Shown here: positions 49,495 through 60,310 of the stretch, one piece after another | How the letters are laid out: each line of letters opens with the position of its first letter | Position numbering within the stretch: the first letter of the stretch is position 1 | From: Escherichia phage ECP2301 | Sequence record: OR880646.1 | DNA: 64,000 nucleotides | Direction: 5' to 3' (one strand) | Made by a program: the position numbers and the translations under genes | The notes under the pieces: generated by a model | Databases searched by the model: none | Told to the model about the DNA's origin: nothing | The model's input: the letters and a program-made list of their open reading frames with translations, nothing else

Positions 49495-49972
49495 AGAAGT
49501 TTCTATTCCTAAAATGGGTCTTAAACACTATAACATTTTAAAAGATGTTAAAGGTCCTGATGAAAATTTAAAACTTCTTATTGATTCTATTTGTCCGAAT
49601 TTATCACCAGCAGAAGTTGATTTCGTTTCTATTCATTTATTGGAATTTAATGGAAAGATTAAATCTTGTAAAGAAATAGATGGTTATACTTATGACATTA
49701 ATGATGTTTATGTGTGCCAAAGATTAGAATTTCAATACCAAGGAAATACATTTTATTTTAGACCTCCTGGAAAATTTGAACAGTTTTTAACAGTGAGCGA
49801 TATGTTATCCAAATGCTTGCTTAAGGTCAATGATGAAGTTAAAGAAATTAATTTTCTTGAGATGCCAGCATTCGTTTTAAAATGGGCAAATGATATTTTT
49901 ACAACTTTAGCAATTCCTGGCCCTAATGGTCCAATAACTGGAATTGGTAATATTATTGGATTATTTGAATGA
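49439..49972 (+). CDS. 28: gp28, baseplate hub distal subunit
   Basis: 177 aa; overlaps end of gene 27. Confidence 0.85.
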   Translation: MNLNLILPLKKVVLPISNKEVSIPKMGLKHYNILKDVKGPDENLKLLIDSICPNLSPAEVDFVSIHLLEFNGKIKSCKEIDGYTYDINDVYVCQRLEFQYQGNTFYFRPPGKFEQFLTVSDMLSKCLLKVNDEVKEINFLEMPAFVLKWANDIFTTLAIPGPNGPITGIGNIIGLFE

Positions 49973-51741
49973 AAAAGCCACAAGAAATGCAAACGATGCG
50001 TAGAAAAGTTATTTCAGATAATAAACCAACACAGGAAGCGGCTAAATCCGCTTCCAACACTTTATCTGGGCTTAACGATATATCTACGAAATTGGATGAT
50101 GCTCAAGCTGCTTCTGAATTAATTGCTCAAACTGTCGAAGAAAAATCGAATGAAATAATTGGAGCAATTGACAATGTAGAAAGCGCAGTGAGTGATACTA
50201 CTGCTGGTTCTGAGTTAATTGCTGAAACTGTCGAAATTGGCAACAATATTAATAAAGAAATCGGTGAATCACTCGGAAGTAAATTAGATAAATTAACGAG
50301 TTTACTAGAGCAAAAAATCCAGACATCCGGAATTCAACAAACAGGAACTAGTTTAGCTACGGTTGAAAGCGCTATTCCTGTTAAAGTCGTTGAGGATGAT
50401 ACAGCTGAATCTGTTGGTCCTTTATTACCAGCTCCTGAAGCAGTTAATAATGATCCTGATGCTGATTTTTTCCCTACCCCTCAGCCAGTTGAACCCAAAC
50501 AAGAATCGCCAGAAGAAAAACAGAAAAAAGACGCATTTAACTTAAAATTATCTCAAGCTTTAGATAAATTAACAAAGACTGTTGATTTCGGATTTAAGAA
50601 ATCTATTTCAATTACTGATAAAATATCAAGCATGCTATTTAAGTATACTGTCAGTGCTGCTATTGAAGCTGCTAAAATGACTGCAATGATATTGGCTGTT
50701 GTTGTTGGAATAGATCTGCTGATGGTTCACTTTAAATATTGGTCAGATAAATTTTCGCAGGTTTGGGATTTGTTTAGTTCAAACTTTACTAAATTCTCTA
50801 GCGAAACCGGAACATGGGGTCCTTTATTACAGAGCATCTTTAGTTCTATTGATGAAATTAAAAAATTCTGGGAAGAGGGAGATTGGGGCGGTTTGACAGT
50901 AGCTATTGTAGAAGGGCTTGGAAAGGTTCTTTATAATTTAGGAGAACTTATTCAGCTTGGAATGGCTAAATTATCAGCAGCAATTCTTCGAGTCATTCCT
51001 GGCATGAAGGATACTGCTGATGAAGTAGAAGGAAGAGCACTAGAAAATTTCCAAAATTCTACTGGAGCATCTCTCAATAAAGAAGACCAGGAAAAAGTAG
51101 CAAATTATCAAGATAAACGAATGAACGGAGACCTTGGTCCGATAGCAAAAGGATTAGATAAAATTGCTAATTGGAAAACTCGTGCATCTAACTGGATTCG
51201 TGGCGTTGATAATAAAGAAGCACTAACTACCGACGAAGAACGTGCAGCAGAAGAAGAAAAATTAAAGCAACTTTCACCAGAAGAAAGAAAAAATGCTTTA
51301 ATGAAGGCTAATGAAGCTCGGGCCGCGATGATTCGTTTTGAAAAATACGCTGATTCGGCTGATATGAGTAAAGACTCAACGGTTAAATCAGTTGAAGCTG
51401 CCTATGAAGACCTTAAAAAACGAATGGATGACCCGGATTTAAATAATTCACCGGCAGTTAAAAAAGAACTTGCTGCTAGATTTTCTAAAATTGATGCTAC
51501 TTATCAAGAGCTCAAGAAAAATCAGCCTAATGCCAAACCTGAAACTTCTGCTAAATCGCCAGAAGCAAAACAAGTCCAGGTAATAGAAAAGAACAAAGCA
51601 CAGCAAGCTCCTGTTCAACAAGCATCTCCTTCGATCAATAATACTAATAATGTTGTTAAGAAAAATACTGTCGTTCATAATATGACACCCGTAACGAGCA
51701 CGACTGCTCCTGGTGTATTTGATGCGACTGGAGTTAATTAA
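49969..51741 (+). CDS. 29: gp29, tail tape measure / baseplate hub protein
   Basis: 590 aa; synteny. Confidence 0.9.
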   Translation: MKKPQEMQTMRRKVISDNKPTQEAAKSASNTLSGLNDISTKLDDAQAASELIAQTVEEKSNEIIGAIDNVESAVSDTTAGSELIAETVEIGNNINKEIGESLGSKLDKLTSLLEQKIQTSGIQQTGTSLATVESAIPVKVVEDDTAESVGPLLPAPEAVNNDPDADFFPTPQPVEPKQESPEEKQKKDAFNLKLSQALDKLTKTVDFGFKKSISITDKISSMLFKYTVSAAIEAAKMTAMILAVVVGIDLLMVHFKYWSDKFSQVWDLFSSNFTKFSSETGTWGPLLQSIFSSIDEIKKFWEEGDWGGLTVAIVEGLGKVLYNLGELIQLGMAKLSAAILRVIPGMKDTADEVEGRALENFQNSTGASLNKEDQEKVANYQDKRMNGDLGPIAKGLDKIANWKTRASNWIRGVDNKEALTTDEERAAEEEKLKQLSPEERKNALMKANEARAAMIRFEKYADSADMSKDSTVKSVEAAYEDLKKRMDDPDLNNSPAVKKELAARFSKIDATYQELKKNQPNAKPETSAKSPEAKQVQVIEKNKAQQAPVQQASPSINNTNNVVKKNTVVHNMTPVTSTTAPGVFDATGVN

Positions 51742-51749
51742 GGAATAAT

Positions 51750-52844
51750 ATGGCAATTGTTAAAGAAATAACTGCTGATTTAATTAAAAAGTCCGGTGAG
51801 AAAATTTCAGCCGGACAGAGTACTAAATCAGAAGTAGCAACTAAAACATACACTGCCCAGTTTCCAACTGGGCGTGCTAGTGGTAATGACACTACAGGGG
51901 ACTTCCAGGTAACAGATCTATATAAGAATGGATTATTATTTACTGCATACAATATGTCATCTAGGGATTCTGGAAGTCTTAGATCGATGAGATCTAACTA
52001 CTCTTCTTCATCTTCGAGTATTTTAAGTACAGCTAGAAACACTATTAGTAGTACAGTATCAAAACTATCAAATGGATTAATATCAAACAATAATTCAGGA
52101 ACAATAAGTAAAGCTCCTGTTGCAAACATTCTTTTACCGAGATCTAAATCTGATGTTGATACGTCATCACATAGATTTAACGATGTTCAAGAAAGTCTTA
52201 TCAGCAGAGGCGGAGGTACTGCTACTGGTGTGTTAAGTAATATTGCTTCAACTGCAGTATTTGGGGCACTGGAAAGTATAACACAAGGCATAATGGCTGA
52301 TAATAATGAACAGATTTATACTACAGCCAGAAGTATGTATGGTGGTGCTGAGAATAGAACTAAAGTGTTTACATGGGATTTGACTCCACGTTCAACAGAA
52401 GATTTGATGGCTATTATTAATATCTATCAATATTTTAACTATTTTTCTTATGGTGAAACGGGCAAATCTCAATATGCTGCTGAAATAAAGGGGTATTTAG
52501 ATGATTGGTATCGTTCTACATTAATTGAACCTTTATCTCCGGAAGACGCAGCTAAAAATAAAACACTATTTGAGAAAATGACATCGAGTTTAACTAACGT
52601 TCTAGTAGTTTCAAACCCGACAATTTGGATGGTGAAAAACTTTGGTGCAACGTCTAAGTTTGATGGAAAAACGGAAATATTTGGCCCATGCCAAATACAG
52701 AGCATCAGATTTGATAAAACGCCTAATGGTAACTTTAACGGATTAGCTATTGCTCCAAACCTCCCTAGTACATTTACTCTTGAGATTACTATGAGAGAAA
52801 TTATCACGTTAAACCGTGCTTCTTTATATGCGGGGACTTTTTAA
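51750..52844 (+). CDS. 48: gp48, baseplate-tail tube junction protein
   Basis: 364 aa; synteny. Confidence 0.9.
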   Translation: MAIVKEITADLIKKSGEKISAGQSTKSEVATKTYTAQFPTGRASGNDTTGDFQVTDLYKNGLLFTAYNMSSRDSGSLRSMRSNYSSSSSSILSTARNTISSTVSKLSNGLISNNNSGTISKAPVANILLPRSKSDVDTSSHRFNDVQESLISRGGGTATGVLSNIASTAVFGALESITQGIMADNNEQIYTTARSMYGGAENRTKVFTWDLTPRSTEDLMAIINIYQYFNYFSYGETGKSQYAAEIKGYLDDWYRSTLIEPLSPEDAAKNKTLFEKMTSSLTNVLVVSNPTIWMVKNFGATSKFDGKTEIFGPCQIQSIRFDKTPNGNFNGLAIAPNLPSTFTLEITMREIITLNRASLYAGTF

Positions 52845-53809
52845 TGTATTCTTTAGAGGAATTTAATAATCAAGCAATAAACGCAGATTTCCAGCGTAAT
52901 AATATGTTTAGCTGCGTTTTTGCGACAACTCCATCAACTAAAAGCTCTTCGTTGATAAGTTCAATTAGCAACTTTTCTTATAATAACTTGGGTCTAAATT
53001 CAGACTGGTTAGGATTGACTCAAGGTGATATTAATCAGGGAATTACCACGCTAATTACTGCTGGCACACAAAAACTGATAAGAAAATCAGGGGTTAGTAA
53101 ATATCTTATTGGTGCCATGAGTCAACGTACAGTTCAAAGTTTATTGGGCTCATTTACAGTTGGTACATATTTAATTGACTTCTTTAATATGGCATATAAC
53201 TCATCTGGGTTGATGATATACTCTGTAAAAATGCCAGAGAATAGATTATCCTATGAAACTGACTGGAACTATAACTCTCCTAATATTCGTATAACTGGGA
53301 GAGAATTAGACCCTTTGGTTATTTCATTTAGAATGGATTCAGAAGCTTGTAACTATCGTGCAATGCAAGACTGGGTTAACGCTGTTCAAGACCCAGTAAC
53401 TGGATTGCGTGCTTTGCCACAAGATGTCGAGGCAGATATTCAGGTTAATCTTCATGCTCGTAATGGATTACCTCATACTGCAGTGATGTTCACCGGATGC
53501 ATTCCAGTGTCAGTGAGCGCTCCTGAGTTATCATATGATGGAGATAACCAAATAACTACATTTGATGTTACTTTTGCGTATAGAGTCATGCAGGCTGGGT
53601 CTGTTGATAGACAAGCTGCGCTTGAGTGGCTTGAATCTGCTGCTATAAATGGCATTCAAAGCGTTCTCGGAAATAGTGGAGGTGTTACTGGATTATCTAA
53701 TTCGCTTTCACGACTTAGTAGATTAGGGGGAACTGCTGGAAGCATTTCAAACATTAATACTATGACAGGAATTGTCAATTCGCAAAGTAAAATATTAGGA
53801 GCAATATAA
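52844..53809 (+). CDS. 54: gp54, baseplate-tail tube initiator
   Basis: 321 aa; synteny. Confidence 0.9.
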   Translation: MYSLEEFNNQAINADFQRNNMFSCVFATTPSTKSSSLISSISNFSYNNLGLNSDWLGLTQGDINQGITTLITAGTQKLIRKSGVSKYLIGAMSQRTVQSLLGSFTVGTYLIDFFNMAYNSSGLMIYSVKMPENRLSYETDWNYNSPNIRITGRELDPLVISFRMDSEACNYRAMQDWVNAVQDPVTGLRALPQDVEADIQVNLHARNGLPHTAVMFTGCIPVSVSAPELSYDGDNQITTFDVTFAYRVMQAGSVDRQAALEWLESAAINGIQSVLGNSGGVTGLSNSLSRLSRLGGTAGSISNINTMTGIVNSQSKILGAI

Positions 53810-53813
53810 CAAT

Positions 53814-53845
53814 GGGGACCGAAAGGTCCCCATATTTTTATTTAC
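53814..53845. terminator. bidirectional terminator between gene 54 and minus-strand early genes
   Basis: GGGGACC-GAAA-GGTCCCC followed by ATATTTTTATTT. Confidence 0.65.
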
Positions 53846-54128
53846 GGAATGAAATGAAAGCAGCAACTGAAGCAACTAAACTGTCTTCAATATAAACTTC
53901 AATTTTTACCGGAGCTTCTGACTCAAATTTGCCTGTTACTACACCTTGGAAAATGCTTTCAGTCTGTTCTGGCTTTGAAAAATTTTCAGAAGGAAAAATT
54001 CCGAACTTTTTATCTGTTCCAAAAATTTTGATAAATTCATCATAAACTGCTTCATTAAAAGCGTTATCAGCAGGAATAACGCCTTCAACTACAAGTTCTT
54101 GACCTAAAAAGCGTAAAGAAGATTTCAT
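53838..54128 (-). CDS. hypothetical protein (96 aa)
   Basis: ORF downstream of the Alt-like genes; early-type promoter at 54160-54189. Confidence 0.5.
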   Translation of the reverse strand: MKSSLRFLGQELVVEGVIPADNAFNEAVYDEFIKIFGTDKKFGIFPSENFSKPEQTESIFQGVVTGKFESEAPVKIEVYIEDSLVASVAAFISFRK

Positions 54129-54159
54129 TTTGTGTTCCTCATGTTATGTCAGTAAGATT

Positions 54160-54189
54160 ACTATAACACAACACGAGGGACTTGTAAAC
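54160..54189 (-). promoter_or_regulatory. T4 early-type promoter (GTTTACA-N17-TATAGT)
   Basis: -35 at 54183-54189 overlapping the stop of the Alt-like paralog, -10 at 54160-54165. Confidence 0.5.
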
Positions 54190-56246
54190 TACATCTTGAA
54201 CTTTTTAGACATTCCGTTGATGTTAACCAAAGAAGCCAAGATTTGAGAAACTTCGTTTTCCTCTTCTTTTGATTCTTCTACAAGGAATTGATTAAACCCA
54301 GCCATTGGACGAACTTCGCCAGTTTCCATTAGATGATCGCCATCATATACCGATTCTTCTAATTGTTCAGAAGGAGGAACGATTGTGCCTTCGATTAGAT
54401 ACTTGTTATAAGCAGTTTCTTTCATCATGTACGTGCTCACTTTATTAATCTTCAGCAAAATTCCACGCGGTAGAATAACTTCAGCTTCTGATGGAAATCC
54501 CGATAAATGACCTGGAACGATAACTTTGATTCGCTCAGCCCCTTTAATTACCATACCTACGCTAGTTTCAGCATCTTCATTCGCATAAGCAGAATGACTG
54601 CCCATATGCATTAAATCTTCAGCATCAACAGAACCTTCTCCTTCACCAGAAAATACTGCGCCGGAATCATCTAGAGCCATATAGTTTTTACCATGCTCAC
54701 CGAAGATATTTGGTTTAAGCGATGTTGATACGAAGTTCTTGAAATAGAACATTTTATTTTCAATATTATGGCGTAAAGTTTTAAAAGTAACTTCTTGTCC
54801 ACGATAAAGCGTAGTTCCTGGAGGAAGAACTGAACCTTTGGCAAAGGCAGAATCCAGCGTCTCGATGTGTTTAATAGCTCGTTCCATATATTCTTCACGG
54901 GTAGAATCTGGTTTACCCAAGAGGAACGAGTTCATTTCAACATATGAATCTGCACAATAATCTTCAATTACATCAGACTCAGCCTGAGTCAGTCCTTTTG
55001 GAGTTACTTCGGTGCTTGAGTATTCATATGCCTGAGCAGCAGATTCATTAATCAATTTATAAATGCCATTCATGACAAATTGAATAATAGCTACCTTTTC
55101 GTCTGGCGTAGCTTTAGAACCTTTAACTAAATCATTGATAATTTTCTTAATAACATCAAAGCTATTAGAAATATTAATGTCAGCGAGATCGCTCAAAATT
55201 TTATCGGTTTTATAATCAAAAAATTCTTTATTCTTTAAATATTCTTGAGAACCTTGATGTGTTATATCGCTCTGCAGTCTGATAGACGGATCACGTAAAC
55301 GCGCATGGGCCAATGCAATATGATTTCGGAAGCTTTCTAGTTCATAATCGTTAGATTTAAAACGAGAAGCACTTCTCATACCACCGATAGCTCCTTTGCC
55401 GAAGTTTGAACCAATCTGAATAACACCAGAGTTCATTGGTCCTTCTGCTTTATATACCGGAACTTTAGATTCAAACTCTTGATATTTCTTGGCAGCGAAG
55501 CTATCACCCTGTAGCGAAGCATCGACAGTAGAATATTGAGCTTGTGCTGCTAATCGACGACTAATTTTAGTTTTCTGAATAACAGCTTGATCCGTGCGCT
55601 TATCATTTTCTAAAGCAATAGAAGCAGCAACAGCAACAGCTTTAGGAACAGCATTACCTGTTTTAACATCTACATAAACATCACCAACCTTTGATTCAAC
55701 TTTTGTGAATAACTCAGTTGAAATAGGAGGTACACCTGGAATGTCTTCTAAATTGGCATTTTTACGGTAAACCATAATATATGCATACTTTTTATCATAA
55801 TCCCAGATTTCCTTTAAAAGAACATATCGACCTGCTCCTTTAGTACGTACTAAACGGTCAGCAATAACTTGCATTTGACGAGCTGCGCCATTTGTTTTAC
55901 TTTTTAGTACGCGGAATAAGCATGCATCAATTTTATACTGTTTCATTGTTTGAAGAGCAGTATCAAAAACGGCATTAATGACACCAATTGGATTTCCACC
56001 CAAGTTTTTAAGTTTAACTAATGATAGTTTCTCATTAACACCTATCATTACGATATGCATCATTTTATCGCCTGGCTTAACGTTTTTATTTGTATCACCG
56101 CCAGAGGTGTATGTACAAAATCTAAATCCAGGAAGCACGCTTTCTTCACCGGCTTGAATAGCAAAAATTTGAGGTATTTTATGCTTAGGATTTAAGTTAA
56201 CAACCGGCGCCGAAGCGCCGTCAAATAATTCTGTAATAAGTTCCAT
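54189..56246 (-). CDS. Alt-like ADP-ribosyltransferase paralog (685 aa)
   Basis: N-terminus MELITELFDG parallels the adjacent paralog; C-terminal R...STS...E-x-E triad (LYRGQ, FVSTSL, SEAEVILPRG); ATG 3 nt after the upstream stop. Confidence 0.75.
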   Translation of the reverse strand: MELITELFDGASAPVVNLNPKHKIPQIFAIQAGEESVLPGFRFCTYTSGGDTNKNVKPGDKMMHIVMIGVNEKLSLVKLKNLGGNPIGVINAVFDTALQTMKQYKIDACLFRVLKSKTNGAARQMQVIADRLVRTKGAGRYVLLKEIWDYDKKYAYIMVYRKNANLEDIPGVPPISTELFTKVESKVGDVYVDVKTGNAVPKAVAVAASIALENDKRTDQAVIQKTKISRRLAAQAQYSTVDASLQGDSFAAKKYQEFESKVPVYKAEGPMNSGVIQIGSNFGKGAIGGMRSASRFKSNDYELESFRNHIALAHARLRDPSIRLQSDITHQGSQEYLKNKEFFDYKTDKILSDLADINISNSFDVIKKIINDLVKGSKATPDEKVAIIQFVMNGIYKLINESAAQAYEYSSTEVTPKGLTQAESDVIEDYCADSYVEMNSFLLGKPDSTREEYMERAIKHIETLDSAFAKGSVLPPGTTLYRGQEVTFKTLRHNIENKMFYFKNFVSTSLKPNIFGEHGKNYMALDDSGAVFSGEGEGSVDAEDLMHMGSHSAYANEDAETSVGMVIKGAERIKVIVPGHLSGFPSEAEVILPRGILLKINKVSTYMMKETAYNKYLIEGTIVPPSEQLEESVYDGDHLMETGEVRPMAGFNQFLVEESKEEENEVSQILASLVNINGMSKKFKM

Positions 56247-56249
56247 GAT

Positions 56250-58343
56250 TTATCCTTGAACGAACTTGTAAGGCATGTTTGTAATATCTATGCAAGACGC
56301 AATAATTCTAAGAGATGATTCTACTTTTTGTTTAACATTTGATGAAACAAATGATGCAAAATCAACTCTGTCTTCTATTTCAATATCACCTGTCATTGCA
56401 ACTACTTCACCAGTTTCCATTAGACGGTCACCGTCATAAATTACTGATTCGGTGAGTTCTTCCGTAGTCATAACTTCAGCTTGAATGAGTTTTGTATTAT
56501 TAGATGTTGTTCCATCATTATTAGAAGCATCAGTTATTTTATTAACTTTGACCATCAATCCGCGTGGTAGAATAACTTCAGCTTCTGTTGCTATTCCGAG
56601 ACTTCCTGGATATACAACATTAACTTTATGAGCTCCATCAATTGCCCATCCTATTTGAACTTTAACGTATTCAGGATTTTCTTTATACGCTCTTATTTCG
56701 TTTGGATTAATAGTTATTCCTTCTTCATTTTTATCAACTGTCAATTCATTACGAGCTTCTGGTTCTAAAAGACCAATACCAGCATGTGTAATTCCAAAAC
56801 GTCCAAAAATGATAGGAGTTAAAGAAGTAGATACAAAATTTCTGAAATAGAACACTTTATTTTTAACTAGTGCTTCGTATATAGGAGCAGTCATACTTTG
56901 AGCACGATAAACTGTAATGCCTTCTGGTATACGGTCACCATTTTCAAAAGCTGAATCTAAGTTATTTATAGCAGATTCAATTTCTTTTTCACTCATTACA
57001 TCATATCGTTCTGGATTGTAGCGTCCTAAAAGAAGATTATTGATGTCAGTATATCCTGAACCACAATACTCTCTAATGCCGCGCTTTTGTGATGGAGTAT
57101 ATTTAGAACCATCGCGAGCAATAGTAATATCAATCATTGGACCTGCACCAATTCCAGAAAAACTATAAATCATTCGTTTGAGGAATTTAGTTTTTGCTGC
57201 GTTCCAGGAATTTTTAGTTATTTCTTCCCAGACTTCATCTGGCTGTCCTTTACGTGTTTTATTATGTTTATCAAGCCAATTATCTTTATATTCTTCAAAG
57301 AGTTGATTAACGGCTGCTGCGTATTTCTCTAAACATTTTATTGAAGTAGTTGGTTCATTTTTAATCGCATTAAGAATTACATCTTTTATCTTTTCAGAAA
57401 CTTCATTAACCTCACTTTTTGAAAAGAATTTATAATCATAGTGAAGTTCATCTGCAGTTCCTTCGGCAATGATTTTTGCTGCCTTAGTTTTAGAAGCTAT
57501 TGAATTAATTCCAAGTTTCATTTCTTCTGCTTCGGGAATTAAAGGAGCGGTAGCAGGTTTATTGAAATTAGCTGCGGTAGATTCATACTTCTGGAATAAT
57601 TCACTTTCAAATCTAGAAGATTCTAATGATTGACTTTGTGCAATTGCTCTACGGGAAATTTTAACTTTAACGATTACAGCTTGATCAGAACGTTTATCGT
57701 TTTCTTGCGCAATAGATGCAGCAATTGCCTCATTTTTAGTTACTTGAGCTCCGGTATCTTTATTGATATAAACATCACCGACCTTCGATTCAACTTTAGT
57801 AAAGAGCTCGGTACTAATTTCAGGAACTCCTGGAATGTCTTCTAATGATACATTTTTGCGATGTATAAGAATATATGCGTACTTTTTATCGTAATCCCAG
57901 AGTTCCTTAAGAAGGACGTATCTGCCACCTGAACGACTACGGATAAGTCTATCAGCAATAAGTTGAATTTGTCGAGCTTGACCAGCAGTTTTAGACTTAA
58001 GAATACGGAGCATACAGGCATCAATTTTATACTGACGCATTGTTTGCATCGCAACAGTAAAAACTGAATTGATGTAATTAATTGGGCTTGGACCGAGACC
58101 TTTTAATTTAGCGATTGAACCTTTAGCAGTTAATGTAAAAGGAACAATATGCATCATTTTATCGCCCATCTTTAAATCGCGATTAGTATCACCTCCAGAT
58201 GTATAGGTACATAAACGAAAGCCTGGTTGTTCAATTGCGTCATCAACATGAACTGAAAAAATTTGCGGTATTTTCTTCTTTGGATTTAAGTTTGTAATCG
58301 GAAGAGTAGTATCTTCGTCAAATAATTCTGTAATGAGTTCCAT
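56250..58343 (-). CDS. alt: Alt, packaged ADP-ribosyltransferase
   Basis: N-terminus MELITELFDE with I-T-E prohead-protease site; triad VYRAQ, FVSTSL, TEAEVILPRG; TATAAATA late promoter at 58367-58374; start taken at second ATG. Confidence 0.8.
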   Translation of the reverse strand: MELITELFDEDTTLPITNLNPKKKIPQIFSVHVDDAIEQPGFRLCTYTSGGDTNRDLKMGDKMMHIVPFTLTAKGSIAKLKGLGPSPINYINSVFTVAMQTMRQYKIDACMLRILKSKTAGQARQIQLIADRLIRSRSGGRYVLLKELWDYDKKYAYILIHRKNVSLEDIPGVPEISTELFTKVESKVGDVYINKDTGAQVTKNEAIAASIAQENDKRSDQAVIVKVKISRRAIAQSQSLESSRFESELFQKYESTAANFNKPATAPLIPEAEEMKLGINSIASKTKAAKIIAEGTADELHYDYKFFSKSEVNEVSEKIKDVILNAIKNEPTTSIKCLEKYAAAVNQLFEEYKDNWLDKHNKTRKGQPDEVWEEITKNSWNAAKTKFLKRMIYSFSGIGAGPMIDITIARDGSKYTPSQKRGIREYCGSGYTDINNLLLGRYNPERYDVMSEKEIESAINNLDSAFENGDRIPEGITVYRAQSMTAPIYEALVKNKVFYFRNFVSTSLTPIIFGRFGITHAGIGLLEPEARNELTVDKNEEGITINPNEIRAYKENPEYVKVQIGWAIDGAHKVNVVYPGSLGIATEAEVILPRGLMVKVNKITDASNNDGTTSNNTKLIQAEVMTTEELTESVIYDGDRLMETGEVVAMTGDIEIEDRVDFASFVSSNVKQKVESSLRIIASCIDITNMPYKFVQG

Positions 58344-58366
58344 CATATCCTCTCTAGTGTTTATTC

Positions 58367-58374
58367 TATTTATA
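58367..58374 (-). promoter_or_regulatory. T4 late promoter TATAAATA (alt)
   Basis: Revcomp of 58367-58374 is TATAAATA, about 20 nt upstream of alt start. Confidence 0.65.
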
Positions 58375-58378
58375 AAAT

Positions 58379-58397
58379 TAAAGGCCCGAAGGCCTTT
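58379..58397 (-). terminator. hairpin AAAGGCC-UUCG-GGCCUUU upstream of alt late promoter
   Basis: Perfect 7-bp stem with tetraloop followed by A/U-rich tract. Confidence 0.5.
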
Positions 58398-58584
58398 AAT
58401 AATCTATTGGTAAGAGAGTACGGTATATTTCAAACTTTGGACCTTTTTCATAGGCATCAAATGTTTCTGTGAATTTATTATAAGCATATGCATCTATAAA
58501 TTCAATCATAATTTGTGATACAGAAGTAGAAACATCTCCACCTTCTTTTTGAGCCACGACAATTGTTTCTAAGTAAGCTTTCAT
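58396..58584 (-). CDS. hypothetical protein (62 aa)
   Basis: ORF overlapping stop of ligase gene; terminator hairpin downstream. Confidence 0.45.
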   Translation of the reverse strand: MKAYLETIVVAQKEGGDVSTSVSQIMIEFIDAYAYNKFTETFDAYEKGPKFEIYRTLLPIDY

Positions 58585-60044
58585 AGACCAGTTACCTCAT
58601 GAAAATCACCAAATACATCCTCGAATGTATTAGCTTTAGTTTTATCTTCACGTAAACGAATCGCAATCGGAAGAAATAATTTAACGTAATCAGTGCGGCC
58701 ATCAGATTTTAACCAACCATTGCATTCACATTCTAGAATTTTTCCAATATAATAATTTTGGTTTTCCATAATGCGAGTACGGTCAAGTTCATGCGATTTT
58801 ACACCGGCTTTATCTTTTAAGCCTGAACCAGCATTTACTTTAATTTTTCCACACTCTGATTCAAGAATAAATCCACCTGCTTTAGTAGGGTCTTTACGGT
58901 GAGGATAAATTCCTACAATTTTTAAATCAACATCAATTACTTCTTTAAATTTATAAAGATTTTTTGAACGAGCATTTTCCCACAATCCATCGGTATTTTT
59001 GAGAATAATACCTTCAAGACCTTGGTCAATATATTTTTTATAAATTACCTTAGCTTCATCTAGGTTATTTACTACCTGGTTTTCAATTAAAATTACTTTA
59101 TCATATCCTGATGTCATTTGTTCTAGTTTAGAAAAACGTACATCATACTTCAAACGAAACGCCGGAAGACCGTATATTTCTACCAACGGGACATAATCCC
59201 AGACCTGAAACTTCATGCATTGAGCTTCTTTTTCAGAAATGGTTCCTTTTAAGGATTTATTGGCGATTCCATTAGAAGTAGTACGAGATTCCGCTACTTC
59301 GGCGAATTCTTTAGCTTTACTAATTTCAGGATAAGCATCAAAAAGAAAATCTAGGCCTTCTGGTTCCTTTTTAACTTGCTCATGGTATACCAATTCGCCA
59401 TCGATTAACACACCTTCTGGATGAATCTGGCGGGCTTCAGCAGTCATTTTGATTAACTCTTCCTTAAGAAGATCTAATCCTAGATATTCATTACCAGCTC
59501 GTGATAAAAGACGAACATCATCTAATTCATCACCTCGGACTTCAGCAAAACACCGAGCTCCATCTGCTTTTAACTGTGCAAAGGCTGGAAACTTGATATT
59601 CTTATTAATGCCCTTTTCATCATAAGAACTTGCCAGCATTTGAGGTTGTTCAGGAATTAAACCTGGCCAAACTTTATTTGCAATAGATACTGAAGCACCG
59701 CATTCAAGATCTCGCATCATAACTCGACGCAAAACTTCAACATCATCCTTTTTACCATCGGTGATATATCCAGTTAATTCCTCAATTGCCGCATTTCCAG
59801 TCAATTTCCGAGTAGCTAACGTGAATTCAATGAAGTCAAGCATATCAGTAATGGTCAGCATTCCAAAACTCTGGGTAGCAATACCAGGCTTAGGCCATTT
59901 CTTGATATAATACTGTAACCCACGAGAATAAGTCAGACGATATACTCGTTTAAGCAATTCATTATCTTTATTCTTTTCAAGAATTGCTTGCTTCTGCTTA
60001 GTTGATCCAATAGATGCTATTTCATTCAGAATTTTAAGAATCAT
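58581..60044 (-). CDS. 30: ATP-dependent DNA ligase (gp30)
   Basis: 487 aa; adenylation motif KADGARC; position next to alt as in T4. Confidence 0.95.
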   Translation of the reverse strand: MILKILNEIASIGSTKQKQAILEKNKDNELLKRVYRLTYSRGLQYYIKKWPKPGIATQSFGMLTITDMLDFIEFTLATRKLTGNAAIEELTGYITDGKKDDVEVLRRVMMRDLECGASVSIANKVWPGLIPEQPQMLASSYDEKGINKNIKFPAFAQLKADGARCFAEVRGDELDDVRLLSRAGNEYLGLDLLKEELIKMTAEARQIHPEGVLIDGELVYHEQVKKEPEGLDFLFDAYPEISKAKEFAEVAESRTTSNGIANKSLKGTISEKEAQCMKFQVWDYVPLVEIYGLPAFRLKYDVRFSKLEQMTSGYDKVILIENQVVNNLDEAKVIYKKYIDQGLEGIILKNTDGLWENARSKNLYKFKEVIDVDLKIVGIYPHRKDPTKAGGFILESECGKIKVNAGSGLKDKAGVKSHELDRTRIMENQNYYIGKILECECNGWLKSDGRTDYVKLFLPIAIRLREDKTKANTFEDVFGDFHEVTGL

Positions 60045-60310
60045 TGTTCATCCTTCAGAGTTTGATTTACAGCTCTATTATAAATCAATTCATCATTAAG
60101 CTCAGTTAAAGACCTATGATATGTAGTTCTAACTTTATTTCCTTGCATCCAGTGCTTGATATAAATGAAACCTTGCTCTACACATTTTTTAAAAATTCGT
60201 TCGTCTTTTTGAGCTCGGAATTCTGGATTGCATCTAAAGAATTGATTTACGTGACCGTAATCACGTGTAGTATTACCTTCATTTTCATAAATAGTGTGAA
60301 CGACAAACAT
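60041..60310 (-). CDS. hypothetical protein (T4 30.1 position)
   Basis: 89 aa ORF; translational coupling with neighbours. Confidence 0.55.
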   Translation of the reverse strand: MFVVHTIYENEGNTTRDYGHVNQFFRCNPEFRAQKDERIFKKCVEQGFIYIKHWMQGNKVRTTYHRSLTELNDELIYNRAVNQTLKDEQ

